Source: Methanobacteriota archaeon (GTDB taxonomy: Archaea > Halobacteriota > Methanosarcinia > Methanosarcinales > Methanogasteraceae). Taken from it: a stretch of 30,094 nt of DNA. The position numbers and the translations under genes were made by a program. The notes beneath the pieces are model-generated. The model was given only the letters and a program-made list of their open reading frames with translations, had not been told where the DNA came from and made no database searches. Below are positions 8,155-16,909 of the stretch, piece after piece; position 1 is the first letter of the stretch, and each line of letters opens with the position of its first letter. The DNA lies in NCBI GenBank assembly GCA_034717055.1, contig JAYELB010000185.1, forward strand, positions 1 to 30,094, in the 5' to 3' direction.

Positions 8155-8676
8155 TTAAGACACCTCCATTATGTTAGAGCTGTTTCGATTTCTATCAAAT
8201 TGTAGCACGGTTTCACTATTTTTTGGTCCAATATACATGCGTGCCCCACGTTCCTCAACTATCAAGTCAAGCATCATATGGAGACCTTCCTGTGTAAAAT
8301 TGTGATCGTTTAATTTAAACCTGCTTAATAAATCTGCATTAACTAAATCCGTGTCCATATCCATGTATGTCGCGCCAGTGGTTGTGAGCGCACCACCTAC
8401 GTTAGCCGGATCTTGTGAGTATTGTGCACCATCATACCTCATTGGGTCATTAATACTATCATTTAGGATTACTCTTGGATTAGTGCATATCAGATCATAC
8501 ACTGGGTGTTTTACATATATCCTATCGCAATGGGGCGCGCCAAGTGCAGAAACATTGATGCTACTAATTTCATTTTTTCCGGTATCATCCGAACCAAGCA
8601 ATTTGCTTGATACCATTATCATCATGCTTTCCATAAAGTCACCTACTGCAAATACCAATTCCGACTCTCTCATCAT
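8155..8676 (-). CDS. Hypothetical protein (173 aa)
   Basis: AT-rich ORF whose TAA abuts the next ORF's start. No motif recognised; start uncertain. Confidence 0.6.
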   Translation of the reverse strand: MMRESELVFAVGDFMESMMIMVSSKLLGSDDTGKNEISSINVSALGAPHCDRIYVKHPVYDLICTNPRVILNDSINDPMRYDGAQYSQDPANVGGALTTTGATYMDMDTDLVNADLLSRFKLNDHNFTQEGLHMMLDLIVEERGARMYIGPKNSETVLQFDRNRNSSNIMEVS

Positions 8677-8844
8677 CGTATATAAGTATTGCGGCTATCC
8701 GGGGCGGTCACGCCATCATGTGTTGACGGTATTCCAAAGTTGATGTCGATTCGCATCTCGTGGCTGCCCGCGTTAAGTTTGGGCATGTAACGGTAGGGTT
8801 CCCAAGTCCAACATCCCGTAATATGGCAGTCCTCCACCATCTGG

Positions 8845-9336
8845 TCATTTACCCTTAAGTTTCCTCTTCGTATTCTCGATAAGCCCTACATCGAGCAGAT
8901 CTACCAGAAAATCAGGAAGCGAAGGAAATGTGTATCCCGCGCTGGTATTCGTATTCACGATCTTTCCGTCCTTGAAGTCGATAGCAAGAATGTCGCCATC
9001 CGCTGCATCGACATCGCACTCGACAAGTGGCAGCCCGATATTGATGCTGTTTCGGTAAAATATCCGTGCGAAACTCGGCGCAACCACGCACTTGATCCCC
9101 GCCCCGAGTAGAGCGCGTGGCGCATGTTCCCTTGAGGATCCGCTGCCGAAATTGGGTCCGGCAACGATGATGTCGCCATCCGAGACGTCCTTTGCAAAGT
9201 CCGGTCTCACGTTCTCAAATGCGTGCTTTGCAAGTTCCTGTCGATCACCGGTCACAAGATATATCGCTGGAATGATCTGATCGGTGTCCACGTTCTCTGA
9301 AAATCGCCATACTCTACCTTTGATATATTTTTCCAT
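8845..9336 (-). CDS. leuD: 3-isopropylmalate dehydratase small subunit (LeuD/HacB family)
   Basis: True start is MEKYIKGRVW at 9336 (the track's 9483 start overlaps leuC). Motifs NVDTDQIIP, NFGSGSSREHAP and SFARIFYRNSINIGLP. The YLVT loop is closer to the isopropylmalate type (YLV-) than to the homoaconitase type (YLRT). Confidence 0.88.
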   Translation of the reverse strand: MEKYIKGRVWRFSENVDTDQIIPAIYLVTGDRQELAKHAFENVRPDFAKDVSDGDIIVAGPNFGSGSSREHAPRALLGAGIKCVVAPSFARIFYRNSINIGLPLVECDVDAADGDILAIDFKDGKIVNTNTSAGYTFPSLPDFLVDLLDVGLIENTKRKLKGK

Positions 9337-9341
9337 TGCAG

Positions 9342-10607
9342 TCACCCCTCCAAAAGATCGGTGGGATCGGTTATCCGCCCGGTAATCGCGCTTGCTGCAA
9401 CCACTGCCGGGTTCGCAAGATAGACCTCTGAATTCGGATGCCCCATCCTGCCGATGAAGTTGCGGTTCGTGCTGCTGACGCACCGCTCACCCTCTGCAAG
9501 CACGCCCATATAACCGCCGAGACATGCGCCGCACGTCGGTCCTGCGACATAAGCATCCGCATCCATGAATATCCCGATAAGTCCTTCCCGCATCGCCTGC
9601 TCAAAAACGTTTTTGCTTGCCGGAACCACGATCATCCTGACATCAGGGTGCACGCCCTTCGAAGCCCCTTTGAGAACTGCTGCTGCGGCACGTAGATCCT
9701 CGATCCTGCCATTGGTGCACGATCCGAGATATGCCTGATCGATCTGCACATCGATTTCGGATGCCGGAGTTACGTTCTCAGGAAGATGCGGCGTCGCAAC
9801 CACTGGCACGATCTCGGAAGCATCGTATTCGAACGTATTCTTGTATTCCGCATCCTCGTCTGCGTAAACCGGTGAATACTCTCCGATGACACGATTCTTG
9901 AGGTAATCGAAGACCGCCTCATCCGGCGGAATGATCCCGCATTTTGCGCCTGCCTCGATCGCCATGTTTGAGATCGTGATCCGGTCCGACAGATGGAGCG
10001 ACTCTATTGCAGAGCCGTAAAACTCCATCGACTTGTAAAGAGAACCGGAAACTCCGATATCTCCGATAATGTGAAGAATGATATCCTTTCCCATCACGTA
10101 TTTGCCAAGTTCTCCGTCAACGACGAACTTCTGTGTCTCAGGAACCTTGAACCATAGTTCTCCTGTTGCCATTGCGGCTGCGGCTTCCGATGAGCCGATA
10201 CCTGTTGAGAGTGCGCCGAGTGCGCCGTAACTGCACGTATGCGAGTCTGCGCCTACGATCAGCCGTCCCGGTGCTGCAAATCCCTCTTCGATCATGATCT
10301 GGTGGCAGACACCGCCCCGACCAACATCGAAATGATTCTCGATCCCGTATCTTCTGGCAAACTCGCGCATCGACTTTGCCTGCTCTGCCGATGCCACATC
10401 CTTGTTCGGCACGTAATGATCCTGGATCATTATAGTCTTCTCGGTGATCGGCGTGGCATCGAACTCTTCGAAGACCTCGAACGCAGGAAGCCCGGTCACG
10501 TCGTTTACCATGACATAATCGATCCTTGCGTCCACGATCTCCTTTGGCGATACGCTTTTCTTGCCGGCGTGTGCTGCGAGGATCTTTTCAGCGATGGTCA
10601 TTCCCAT
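9342..10607 (-). CDS. leuC: 3-isopropylmalate dehydratase large subunit (aconitase family, LeuC/HacA)
   Basis: MTIAEKIL, DH, GADSHTCSYGA, YLGSCTNGRIEDL, PTCGACLG and STNRNFIGRMG motifs. Confidence 0.9.
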   Translation of the reverse strand: MGMTIAEKILAAHAGKKSVSPKEIVDARIDYVMVNDVTGLPAFEVFEEFDATPITEKTIMIQDHYVPNKDVASAEQAKSMREFARRYGIENHFDVGRGGVCHQIMIEEGFAAPGRLIVGADSHTCSYGALGALSTGIGSSEAAAAMATGELWFKVPETQKFVVDGELGKYVMGKDIILHIIGDIGVSGSLYKSMEFYGSAIESLHLSDRITISNMAIEAGAKCGIIPPDEAVFDYLKNRVIGEYSPVYADEDAEYKNTFEYDASEIVPVVATPHLPENVTPASEIDVQIDQAYLGSCTNGRIEDLRAAAAVLKGASKGVHPDVRMIVVPASKNVFEQAMREGLIGIFMDADAYVAGPTCGACLGGYMGVLAEGERCVSSTNRNFIGRMGHPNSEVYLANPAVVAASAITGRITDPTDLLEG

Positions 10608-10828
10608 GACTCTGGTGTTGGCGGCGATTGGATAAAAAGATGCGCGCGGGTGGTGCCGGGTGTGGTGTGGGAGTCTGATGCGAAGATTTATATAGTATGT
10701 ACGTTAATTCAAAGTATAATGTACGTAAAAACATGCATTACGAAAGGAGGACGTGAACAATGAATGACAAATGGCAAACAAATAGAAGGATATATATATA
10801 AATTGATCAAACAAATATGCATACAGAT

Positions 10829-11107
10829 ATGCTCAAATTGAAAGAGCAGGTACGCGAACTCGTTCTCAACGAGAGATATGCCATCCAATGGCACCACATA
10901 CTATCACGCCACCCGAATATCACCGAAGATGACATAATAAATGGACTTTTATATGGATATTACAAATCTGACCAAGAAATAGATGGACGCTACTTATCAT
11001 GGTCTCGAATGAATTATCCGCCAAGACTGATCCGCATCGTGTTCGAAGTGCACGAGACCGATTCTGGCAGTCTTGTGAGGGTTATCACAGCATTCGATGA
11101 AGACTGA
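10829..11107 (+). CDS. Putative DUF4258-like small toxin/nuclease
   Basis: ~92 aa with ..Y.I..HH...R...I...DI....L.YG and a C-terminal I.IVFE...V.VITAF pattern. Start at 10829 (MLKL) or 10817. A TA-rich box lies at ~10789-10802. Confidence 0.6.
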   Translation: MLKLKEQVRELVLNERYAIQWHHILSRHPNITEDDIINGLLYGYYKSDQEIDGRYLSWSRMNYPPRLIRIVFEVHETDSGSLVRVITAFDED

Positions 11108-11124
11108 TACAAACAAACACAAAC

Positions 11125-11610
11125 ATGGATAGAAAAAAAGAAGATGCACCTCCGATGGCTGATATTCCAACCATAACTCCTGAGATGGTGGAGGAAACAA
11201 AAATAGAGATCGCGAAGAGGCGTGCGGGCAGACACGGATCGCCACTAAAGGATATCGTAGATGTGACCTGTCCGGTATGCGGATCCTCCACAGTCAGTTT
11301 CGCAGATGATCTCGTATTCGAGGTTGTGCTGGCTGGCGAGCGGATCGTGATCCCAAATTTGACCGGGCTCCGGTGCTCGAACTGCGGAGATTTCGCATTC
11401 GATGCCGGTTCATCGAAGATAATCGATCGATACACCAGAAACAAGCCCTCCGGAGGATACAAATGCAGCATATCCACAGTCGGCGCAGGAAGACTTGGGA
11501 TGTATATCCCAAAAGACGTTCTCAGGGTTATGGAGATCACGAAAAAAGGTAAAGCGATCGTGACGCCGCTTTCGAAGCAGAAGATGATCGTGGAATTGTG
11601 TTTGGAGTGA
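11125..11610 (+). CDS. YgiT/MqsA-type zinc finger fused to an AbrB/MazE-like domain; putative antitoxin
   Basis: CPVCG...IVIPNLTGLRCSNCGD.F.D zinc ribbon, plus C-terminal ISTVGAGRLGMYIPKDVLRVMEITKKG resembling the swapped-hairpin AbrB fold. Confidence 0.7.
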   Translation: MDRKKEDAPPMADIPTITPEMVEETKIEIAKRRAGRHGSPLKDIVDVTCPVCGSSTVSFADDLVFEVVLAGERIVIPNLTGLRCSNCGDFAFDAGSSKIIDRYTRNKPSGGYKCSISTVGAGRLGMYIPKDVLRVMEITKKGKAIVTPLSKQKMIVELCLE

Positions 11611-11611
11611 C

Positions 11612-11640
11612 CTCCTTTGTAAAAACGGAGCCTTTTTAAT
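11612..11640 (+). terminator. Possible terminator after the TA-like pair
   Basis: Weak CTCC/GGAG stem followed by CCTTTTTAAT just after the stop at 11610. Confidence 0.4.
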
Positions 11641-11704
11641 TTAGTAGGGTCGGTTGAAAAAACATGACACCAATCCTGCAAACACTGGTGCTATTAGATT
11701 GTGG

Positions 11705-11812
11705 GAATCCGTGGAATCAGCGTTATGGATTCGCCACTACTGTCGCAGTCGGTGGCTAAAAGTTTTATTTTCCACTGATTAACACATATTGCGCAGATTA
11801 ACCTGGTAAATG
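11705..11812. repeat. REP-like short-period imperfect palindrome, copy 1
   Basis: AATCCGTGG-AATCAGCG...GTCGGTGGCTAAAA...CCACTGATT-AACACATATT-GCGCAGATT; same architecture as 12628-12697. Confidence 0.55.
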
Positions 11813-11844
11813 GATTTTTAGATCGATGGTGCCCCACCTCCCCA

Positions 11845-12507
11845 TCACTCGATCGCATACTCAAAAACGACCATTGATATCAGGAAGAAGACGATATCGT
11901 ACACACAGAGCAGCCTGATTTCGGGAACCACGCTTGTGTATGTTAGCACATTGGCAGTCGCAGGCACCAGCACAAGGATCAGAGGAAATAGCACCGGAAA
12001 GAGTATTACATAAAGCAGGATATCTCTCGTCTGTGCGTTTAAGGTCAGTGCCGATAAGAGCGTGCCGACCGCGAGAAACCCGATCGTGCCGAGTAGCACG
12101 ACAATGGACAGCAAGAGGGTGTTTGGAATATTATAAGAAAATATAACCATAAATATCAGTATGGATATTGCCTCCATAATTAGCATCAGCACGAGATTGG
12201 AGAGTAACTTGCCGACATAGATAACGCTGCGATCGACCGGGCAGAGTTTCAGACCCTCGATGCAGTTCTCCTCCTGCTCAAGGGCGAACGATCCGGACAG
12301 ACCTAACATGCCTGCAAACATGAACGTAATCCAGAGCATGCCCGGAGCCAATTCTGTGATCCGGTCGTGACTACCGCGCAAACCCACAAACGAAAAACTG
12401 AAGATCAATAAGATAAGGAACGCAAACATAATCATCGAGCTTAGCATCTGCTTGGTTCTAAACTCGGCGGTAAGGTCTTTTTTTGCGATTGCGATGCATC
12501 GCTTCAT
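11845..12507 (-). CDS. ccmB: Heme exporter / cytochrome c maturation protein B
   Basis: True start MKRCIAIAKKDLTAEFR at 12507. Motifs PGMLWI.FMFAGMLGL..SF..E.E..CIEGL.L.PV and GKLLSNL, plus multiple TM helices. Confidence 0.9.
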   Translation of the reverse strand: MKRCIAIAKKDLTAEFRTKQMLSSMIMFAFLILLIFSFSFVGLRGSHDRITELAPGMLWITFMFAGMLGLSGSFALEQEENCIEGLKLCPVDRSVIYVGKLLSNLVLMLIMEAISILIFMVIFSYNIPNTLLLSIVVLLGTIGFLAVGTLLSALTLNAQTRDILLYVILFPVLFPLILVLVPATANVLTYTSVVPEIRLLCVYDIVFFLISMVVFEYAIE

Positions 12508-12627
12508 ATCGCTTACTTGGTGTGGTGGCACATAAACATGATTGCACCAATATCGAGACTTTTTAACTTGTTCTGGTCTGTTGAAAACATGGCGCCAACC
12601 CGGCAAATACAAATATGATTAGATGGG

Positions 12628-12697
12628 TGTAATCAGTGAAATCCGTGTCAATCTGTGGCTAAAACAGTGTAAGCCACATATTAACGCAGATAGACAC
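12628..12697. repeat. REP-like short-period imperfect palindrome, copy 2
   Basis: GTGT-AATCAGTGA-AATCCGTGTC-AATCTGTGGCTAAAA-CAGTGT-AAGCCACATATT-AACGCAGAT-AGACAC. Confidence 0.6.
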
Positions 12698-12747
12698 CAA
12701 TTATCGGTGTAAACCCATGCCCGCCCACACTGCGCACCGTACTCAGA

Positions 12748-13296
12748 TTATTTCATCGGCTCCTTCAGATCACTCATCTGCTCAAGGAGACCTTCCCCAG
12801 TCTCATTCTGCAGTTCTCCATAGTACCCAAGAAGATTCTGCAGATCCTCAAAGTCTTCTTCGACCGCTTCTTTTTGACCCTCTTTCACGCATCCGGTCTC
12901 GTTGAAGTGTGATGCACACTCAAGCATCTCGGTGCGGATCTTTAATTTTATGCTCTGTTTCCGCACGACCTGTGCGATCTCGTCTTGGCCCATTGCAGAT
13001 AAGGCATCCGCACCGGCACCAAGGACTGCGGCATTTATGCTGTCCAGTATCTTCATCGTCTGAGATGATTCATTCTTGACCATCATTATATTTTCAGTAG
13101 CATTGTATACCTTCCGATTCAATTCATCCTCCGATGATGCGTTGAACTCTTCCATCATCTTTATGGGATCGCCTGATGGCATCCCATAGACGATATCGCT
13201 GATCGATGTTATGAATATGGTCATCATGCTAAACGTCAAGCTGACTACAGCAAGCAATATCGCAAGACTCACCGCCTTGATGATTATATTGGTCAT
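12748..13296 (-). CDS. Hypothetical membrane-anchored helical protein (~182 aa)
   Basis: GGAGG RBS before ATG 13296 (MTNIIIKAVSLAILLAVVSLTFSMMTIFI, one N-terminal TM segment). Confidence 0.7.
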   Translation of the reverse strand: MTNIIIKAVSLAILLAVVSLTFSMMTIFITSISDIVYGMPSGDPIKMMEEFNASSEDELNRKVYNATENIMMVKNESSQTMKILDSINAAVLGAGADALSAMGQDEIAQVVRKQSIKLKIRTEMLECASHFNETGCVKEGQKEAVEEDFEDLQNLLGYYGELQNETGEGLLEQMSDLKEPMK

Positions 13297-13436
13297 TTTA
13301 TTGCCTCCACACCTCGCAGAAGTTGTAAACTTATCCGGCATCGGATCAACCGATGACTTCACAACCCCATAGTACCACATTATATATGGGATGAAGTGTA
13401 TTAAACATATCGTCGGTATGTGGGAGGGAGGATGCC

Positions 13437-14261
13437 ATGGCTACAAAGATGTTTGATGACGAAACTGACTTTAAGATGGTGATGAGTAAGATCTACAAGG
13501 AGACTGGTCTTGATTGTAAGCAGTATAAGGACAACTATCTAAAACGCAGGATTAACGTCAGGATAAGGGCTCTCAATGCGGAATCCTACCGCGATTATAT
13601 GAGAATACTGGACAACAATCCGGGCGAATACGATCTGCTACTGGATAAACTCACGATCAACGTTACACAATTCTTCAGGGATAAGACTGTGTTTAATGCA
13701 GTCAGGAACACGGTGCTTCCCGCATTGATATCTGACAAGAAAAATAGGGGAAAGAAGCTCATACGTATATGGAGCGCGGGATGTGCCAGCGGAGAGGAGC
13801 CGTACACTATCTCGATACTGTTGCACGAAGTACTGGGTAGTGATATCCACAATTTCATGATCTCGATCTATGCCACAGACATCGATGATACGGTCATGGC
13901 AAAGGCAAAGACGGGCGTGTACGAAGCCGCAGCCCTCAAAGGTGTGGAAAAGAGGATCATCGATAAATATTTCACGTACGATGGAAAGTATCATGCAACC
14001 AGTGAGATCAAACGTCTTGTACGATTCAAGCACCTTGACCTGATCTCGGGGACGAACTTTTCACACATCGATGTTATATTCTGTAGAAATGTTGTTATAT
14101 ATTTTTCAAAAGATCTTCAGAAGCGACTGTACAACAAATTCCACGATGCATTGAATAGAGGCGGATACTTCGTCATGGGAAAGACTGAGACGCTTGTTGG
14201 TGATGCGAGAGATAAATTCAAGAGTATCAATAGCAAGGAACACATCTACCGAAAGCCGTGA
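13437..14261 (+). CDS. cheR: Chemotaxis protein methyltransferase
   Basis: LTINVTQFFRD, IRIWSAGCASGEEPYTI, IYATDID and DVIFCRNVVIYF motifs. Confidence 0.95.
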   Translation: MATKMFDDETDFKMVMSKIYKETGLDCKQYKDNYLKRRINVRIRALNAESYRDYMRILDNNPGEYDLLLDKLTINVTQFFRDKTVFNAVRNTVLPALISDKKNRGKKLIRIWSAGCASGEEPYTISILLHEVLGSDIHNFMISIYATDIDDTVMAKAKTGVYEAAALKGVEKRIIDKYFTYDGKYHATSEIKRLVRFKHLDLISGTNFSHIDVIFCRNVVIYFSKDLQKRLYNKFHDALNRGGYFVMGKTETLVGDARDKFKSINSKEHIYRKP

Positions 14262-14274
14262 TACTCCCAAACCT

Positions 14275-14571
14275 TCACCCACTCCTTCCGATTCGCACCT
14301 CCCGCCTCGCCAGGACGAACCATGCCATATTTGTCACGAATGATCCGGTGATCATAGAAGCGATGATCATTCCGTACAGACTCCAACCTGATAGAGAGAG
14401 CACGATGATGGATAGGATGAGTGCAAGTTCGCAAAGCCCGACAAGACCCGCGATCTGCGATATGGATGTGCGATGCTCCACGGTCTGTTCATAGCAGATC
14501 GACCTCAAGTTGCTAACAACGGTCTGAAGTGCTTTCTCCTTTGAGACGCCCCCTCTCGCATTTCTTTTCAT
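14275..14571 (-). CDS. Small two-TM hypothetical protein at the end of the che operon (~98 aa)
   Basis: GGAG RBS before ATG 14571, 10 nt after the cheD stop. Two hydrophobic segments. Confidence 0.55.
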   Translation of the reverse strand: MKRNARGGVSKEKALQTVVSNLRSICYEQTVEHRTSISQIAGLVGLCELALILSIIVLSLSGWSLYGMIIASMITGSFVTNMAWFVLARREVRIGRSG

Positions 14572-14581
14572 AGTCTCCCTC

Positions 14582-15061
14582 CTATAGTTCTTTGTCAACG
14601 CCCCTCACGGTCTTCACCAGTACCTTGCCGGATACCAGATCAAATCTCAATGTGCGCCCATTGCTCCCACCGAGATCCTCGGCGACTATTTTGATATGCT
14701 CTTCCGTAAGCTTCTTCTTCACAGCAGCTATGTTCCGCTCTCCGATGTTCATGGTGTTGCCCTTTATACCTGAAAACATGTGCGCCCCACCTGCAATCTT
14801 TGCGATCGTCCTTAACTTTCTCGCACCGATATCCATCATATCGTGGATCGTTAGTGGTATTGCTGTGTCAGCAAACTTTCCAGGGTTGGTGTTTCTGGCT
14901 TGCGTGCTGTCCGGTAGCATGACATGCGAAAGCCCACCAACCTTTGCTCTCGAATCGTAGAGAGCGATTCCAACGCATGACCCCAACCCGATTGTGACCA
15001 ATTCACATGGGTTGTGAGCTGCCCTGTATTCTCCAATCCCAATAGTATATGTTTCATTCAT
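14582..15061 (-). CDS. cheD: Chemoreceptor glutamine deamidase
   Basis: TIGLGSCVGIALYD, GGLSHVMLP, KFADTAI, AKIAGGAHMF, IGERN and EDLGGSNGRT motifs. ATG 15061 overlaps the cheC stop. Confidence 0.95.
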   Translation of the reverse strand: MNETYTIGIGEYRAAHNPCELVTIGLGSCVGIALYDSRAKVGGLSHVMLPDSTQARNTNPGKFADTAIPLTIHDMMDIGARKLRTIAKIAGGAHMFSGIKGNTMNIGERNIAAVKKKLTEEHIKIVAEDLGGSNGRTLRFDLVSGKVLVKTVRGVDKEL

Positions 15062-15680
15062 CGATCTGTCCCCCAAGCATTTTTAGCACATTCTTAAGCG
15101 ATTCCGGATTCGGCACCAGCATGAAATATCCGGAAAAAAGATTCGACTCCCCTTCAAAGACTGTTTTGAAGAGTATAACCTGGTCCGCCACCATACCGAC
15201 TCTTGCAAGCACATAATCCATCACCGCACCAGCCATATCGAAGGCAAGTGTGGGTGGGGATGTAATCAGTGTGATTCCTAAGAAATCAGCCCATGCGGTA
15301 GCGAATGCGGACGTCAGGATATTTCCTATCTCCATCAGTGCCGATTCATCCATCCCGGATAATGCCCTGGTACTCCCGATCTCCCTACCCATCAGGATAT
15401 CCACCAGTGCCAGTGCGCTATCTTGCGCAAACAGTAACTGTATGTAATCGGTGGTATCGCCGGATAGTTCAAAGAACAGTCCTGCCATAATCTCTTCTTC
15501 TCCAACGAGTCTTGGAATCTCCGTGATAGATATGACACTTATGTCTGGCACCCTTATAGCGATCCTTACACCGGTCATCTCTGCTAACGCGGTGGTAGCA
15601 TGACCGGTACCGATGTTCCCAAGCTCTCTCAGTGCGTCCAGTTCCATATCGGTTAATATCATCTCTTCTGTGCTACTCAT
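15054..15680 (-). CDS. cheC: CheY-P phosphatase CheC, copy 3 (most divergent)
   Basis: Two D/S-x3-E-x2-N motifs: DALRELGNIG and SALMEIGNIL. Confidence 0.92.
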   Translation of the reverse strand: MSSTEEMILTDMELDALRELGNIGTGHATTALAEMTGVRIAIRVPDISVISITEIPRLVGEEEIMAGLFFELSGDTTDYIQLLFAQDSALALVDILMGREIGSTRALSGMDESALMEIGNILTSAFATAWADFLGITLITSPPTLAFDMAGAVMDYVLARVGMVADQVILFKTVFEGESNLFSGYFMLVPNPESLKNVLKMLGGQIDE

Positions 15681-16296
15681 CGATCTGTCCTCCGAGAATT
15701 GTTAGTATATTATTAAGCGATTCCGGATGTGGTAACAGCAAGAAATATCCGGAAAAGATGCCTAACTCCCCTTCAAAGATTGTTTTGAAGAGTATGGCAT
15801 TGTCTACTGTCGTACCAATCGTTGTAAGCAGATGATTCGTCACTGCCCCAGCCGTATCGAAGGCAAACGCTGGAGGGGACGGGAGTAGTATTATTCCCAG
15901 GAGTTTAGCCCACGCATCCGAGAACGCGGACGCCAGGATATTACCAACCTCTTTCAGTGCCGATTCATCCATCCCGGATAGGGTCGTGCCACTCCCGATC
16001 TCCCGCCCCATCAGCAGGTCTGTCAGTGCCAGCGCACTCGCTTCCTTAAATAGTATCTGCATGAAGCCAGTGGTACCGCCAGATAGTTCAAAGAACAGCC
16101 CTGCCACCAACTCGTCTTCGTCAACGATCCGCCCTATAATTCGGTTGATAGGTACGATATCGATATTTGGCACGCTGATGCCAATCCTTACACCGGTCAT
16201 CTCTGCCAACGCGGTGGTAGCATGACCGGTACCGATATTCCCGAGCTCTTTTAATGCGTCCAGTTCCGAATCAGTTAATGTTATCTCTTCTGCCAT
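15673..16296 (-). CDS. cheC: CheY-P phosphatase CheC, copy 2
   Basis: DALKELGNIG and SALKEVGNIL motifs; GAGGTG RBS. Confidence 0.92.
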   Translation of the reverse strand: MAEEITLTDSELDALKELGNIGTGHATTALAEMTGVRIGISVPNIDIVPINRIIGRIVDEDELVAGLFFELSGGTTGFMQILFKEASALALTDLLMGREIGSGTTLSGMDESALKEVGNILASAFSDAWAKLLGIILLPSPPAFAFDTAGAVTNHLLTTIGTTVDNAILFKTIFEGELGIFSGYFLLLPHPESLNNILTILGGQIDE

Positions 16297-16909
16297 TATG
16301 TATCACCTCCTCCAAAACACGCTACTCAGCGATCTGTCCTCCGAGAAGTGCCAGCATATTGTTAAGCGATTCCAGATGTGGTAACAGCAAGAAATACCCG
16401 GAAAAGATGCCCGACTCCCCCTCAAACGATGTTTCAAATACTATCGCATTGTCTACCGTCGTACCAATCGTTGTAAGCAGATGATTCGTCACCGCCCCAG
16501 CCGTATCGAAGGCAAACGCTGGAGGGGACGGGAGTAGTATTATTCCCAGGAGTTTAGCCCACGCATCCGAGAACGCGGACGCCAGGATATTACCAACCTC
16601 TTTCAGTGCCGATTCATCCATCCCGGATAGGGTCGTGCCACTCCCGATCTCCCGCCCCATCAGCAGGTCTGTCAGTGCCAGCGCACTCGCTTCCTTAAAT
16701 AGTATCTGCATGAAGCCAGTGGTACCGCCAGATAGTTCAAAGAACAGCCCTGCCACCAACTCGTCTTCGTCAACGATCCGCCCTATAATTCGGTTGATAG
16801 GTACGATATCGATATTTGGCACGCTGATGCCAATCCTTACACCGGTCATCTCTGCCAACGCGGTGGTAGCATGACCGGTACCGATATTCCCGAGCTCTTT
16901 TAATGCGTC
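15845..16909. repeat. Direct repeat between cheC copies 1 and 2 (offset 649 bp)
   Basis: 15845-16260 appears base-for-base identical to 16494-16909 by eye, with the gene ends diverged. Confidence 0.9.

Noticed and set aside
6361-8724. CATGTGTT direct repeat (6361-6368 and 8717-8724) as att or TSD sites of the AT-rich island
   Set aside because: Only 8 bp, no adjacent TIRs or integrase; compatible with chance.
8674-8841. ~55-aa minus-strand ORF (MVEDCHITGC...) between leuD and the island
   Set aside because: No recognisable motif or clear RBS; cannot support it as a gene.
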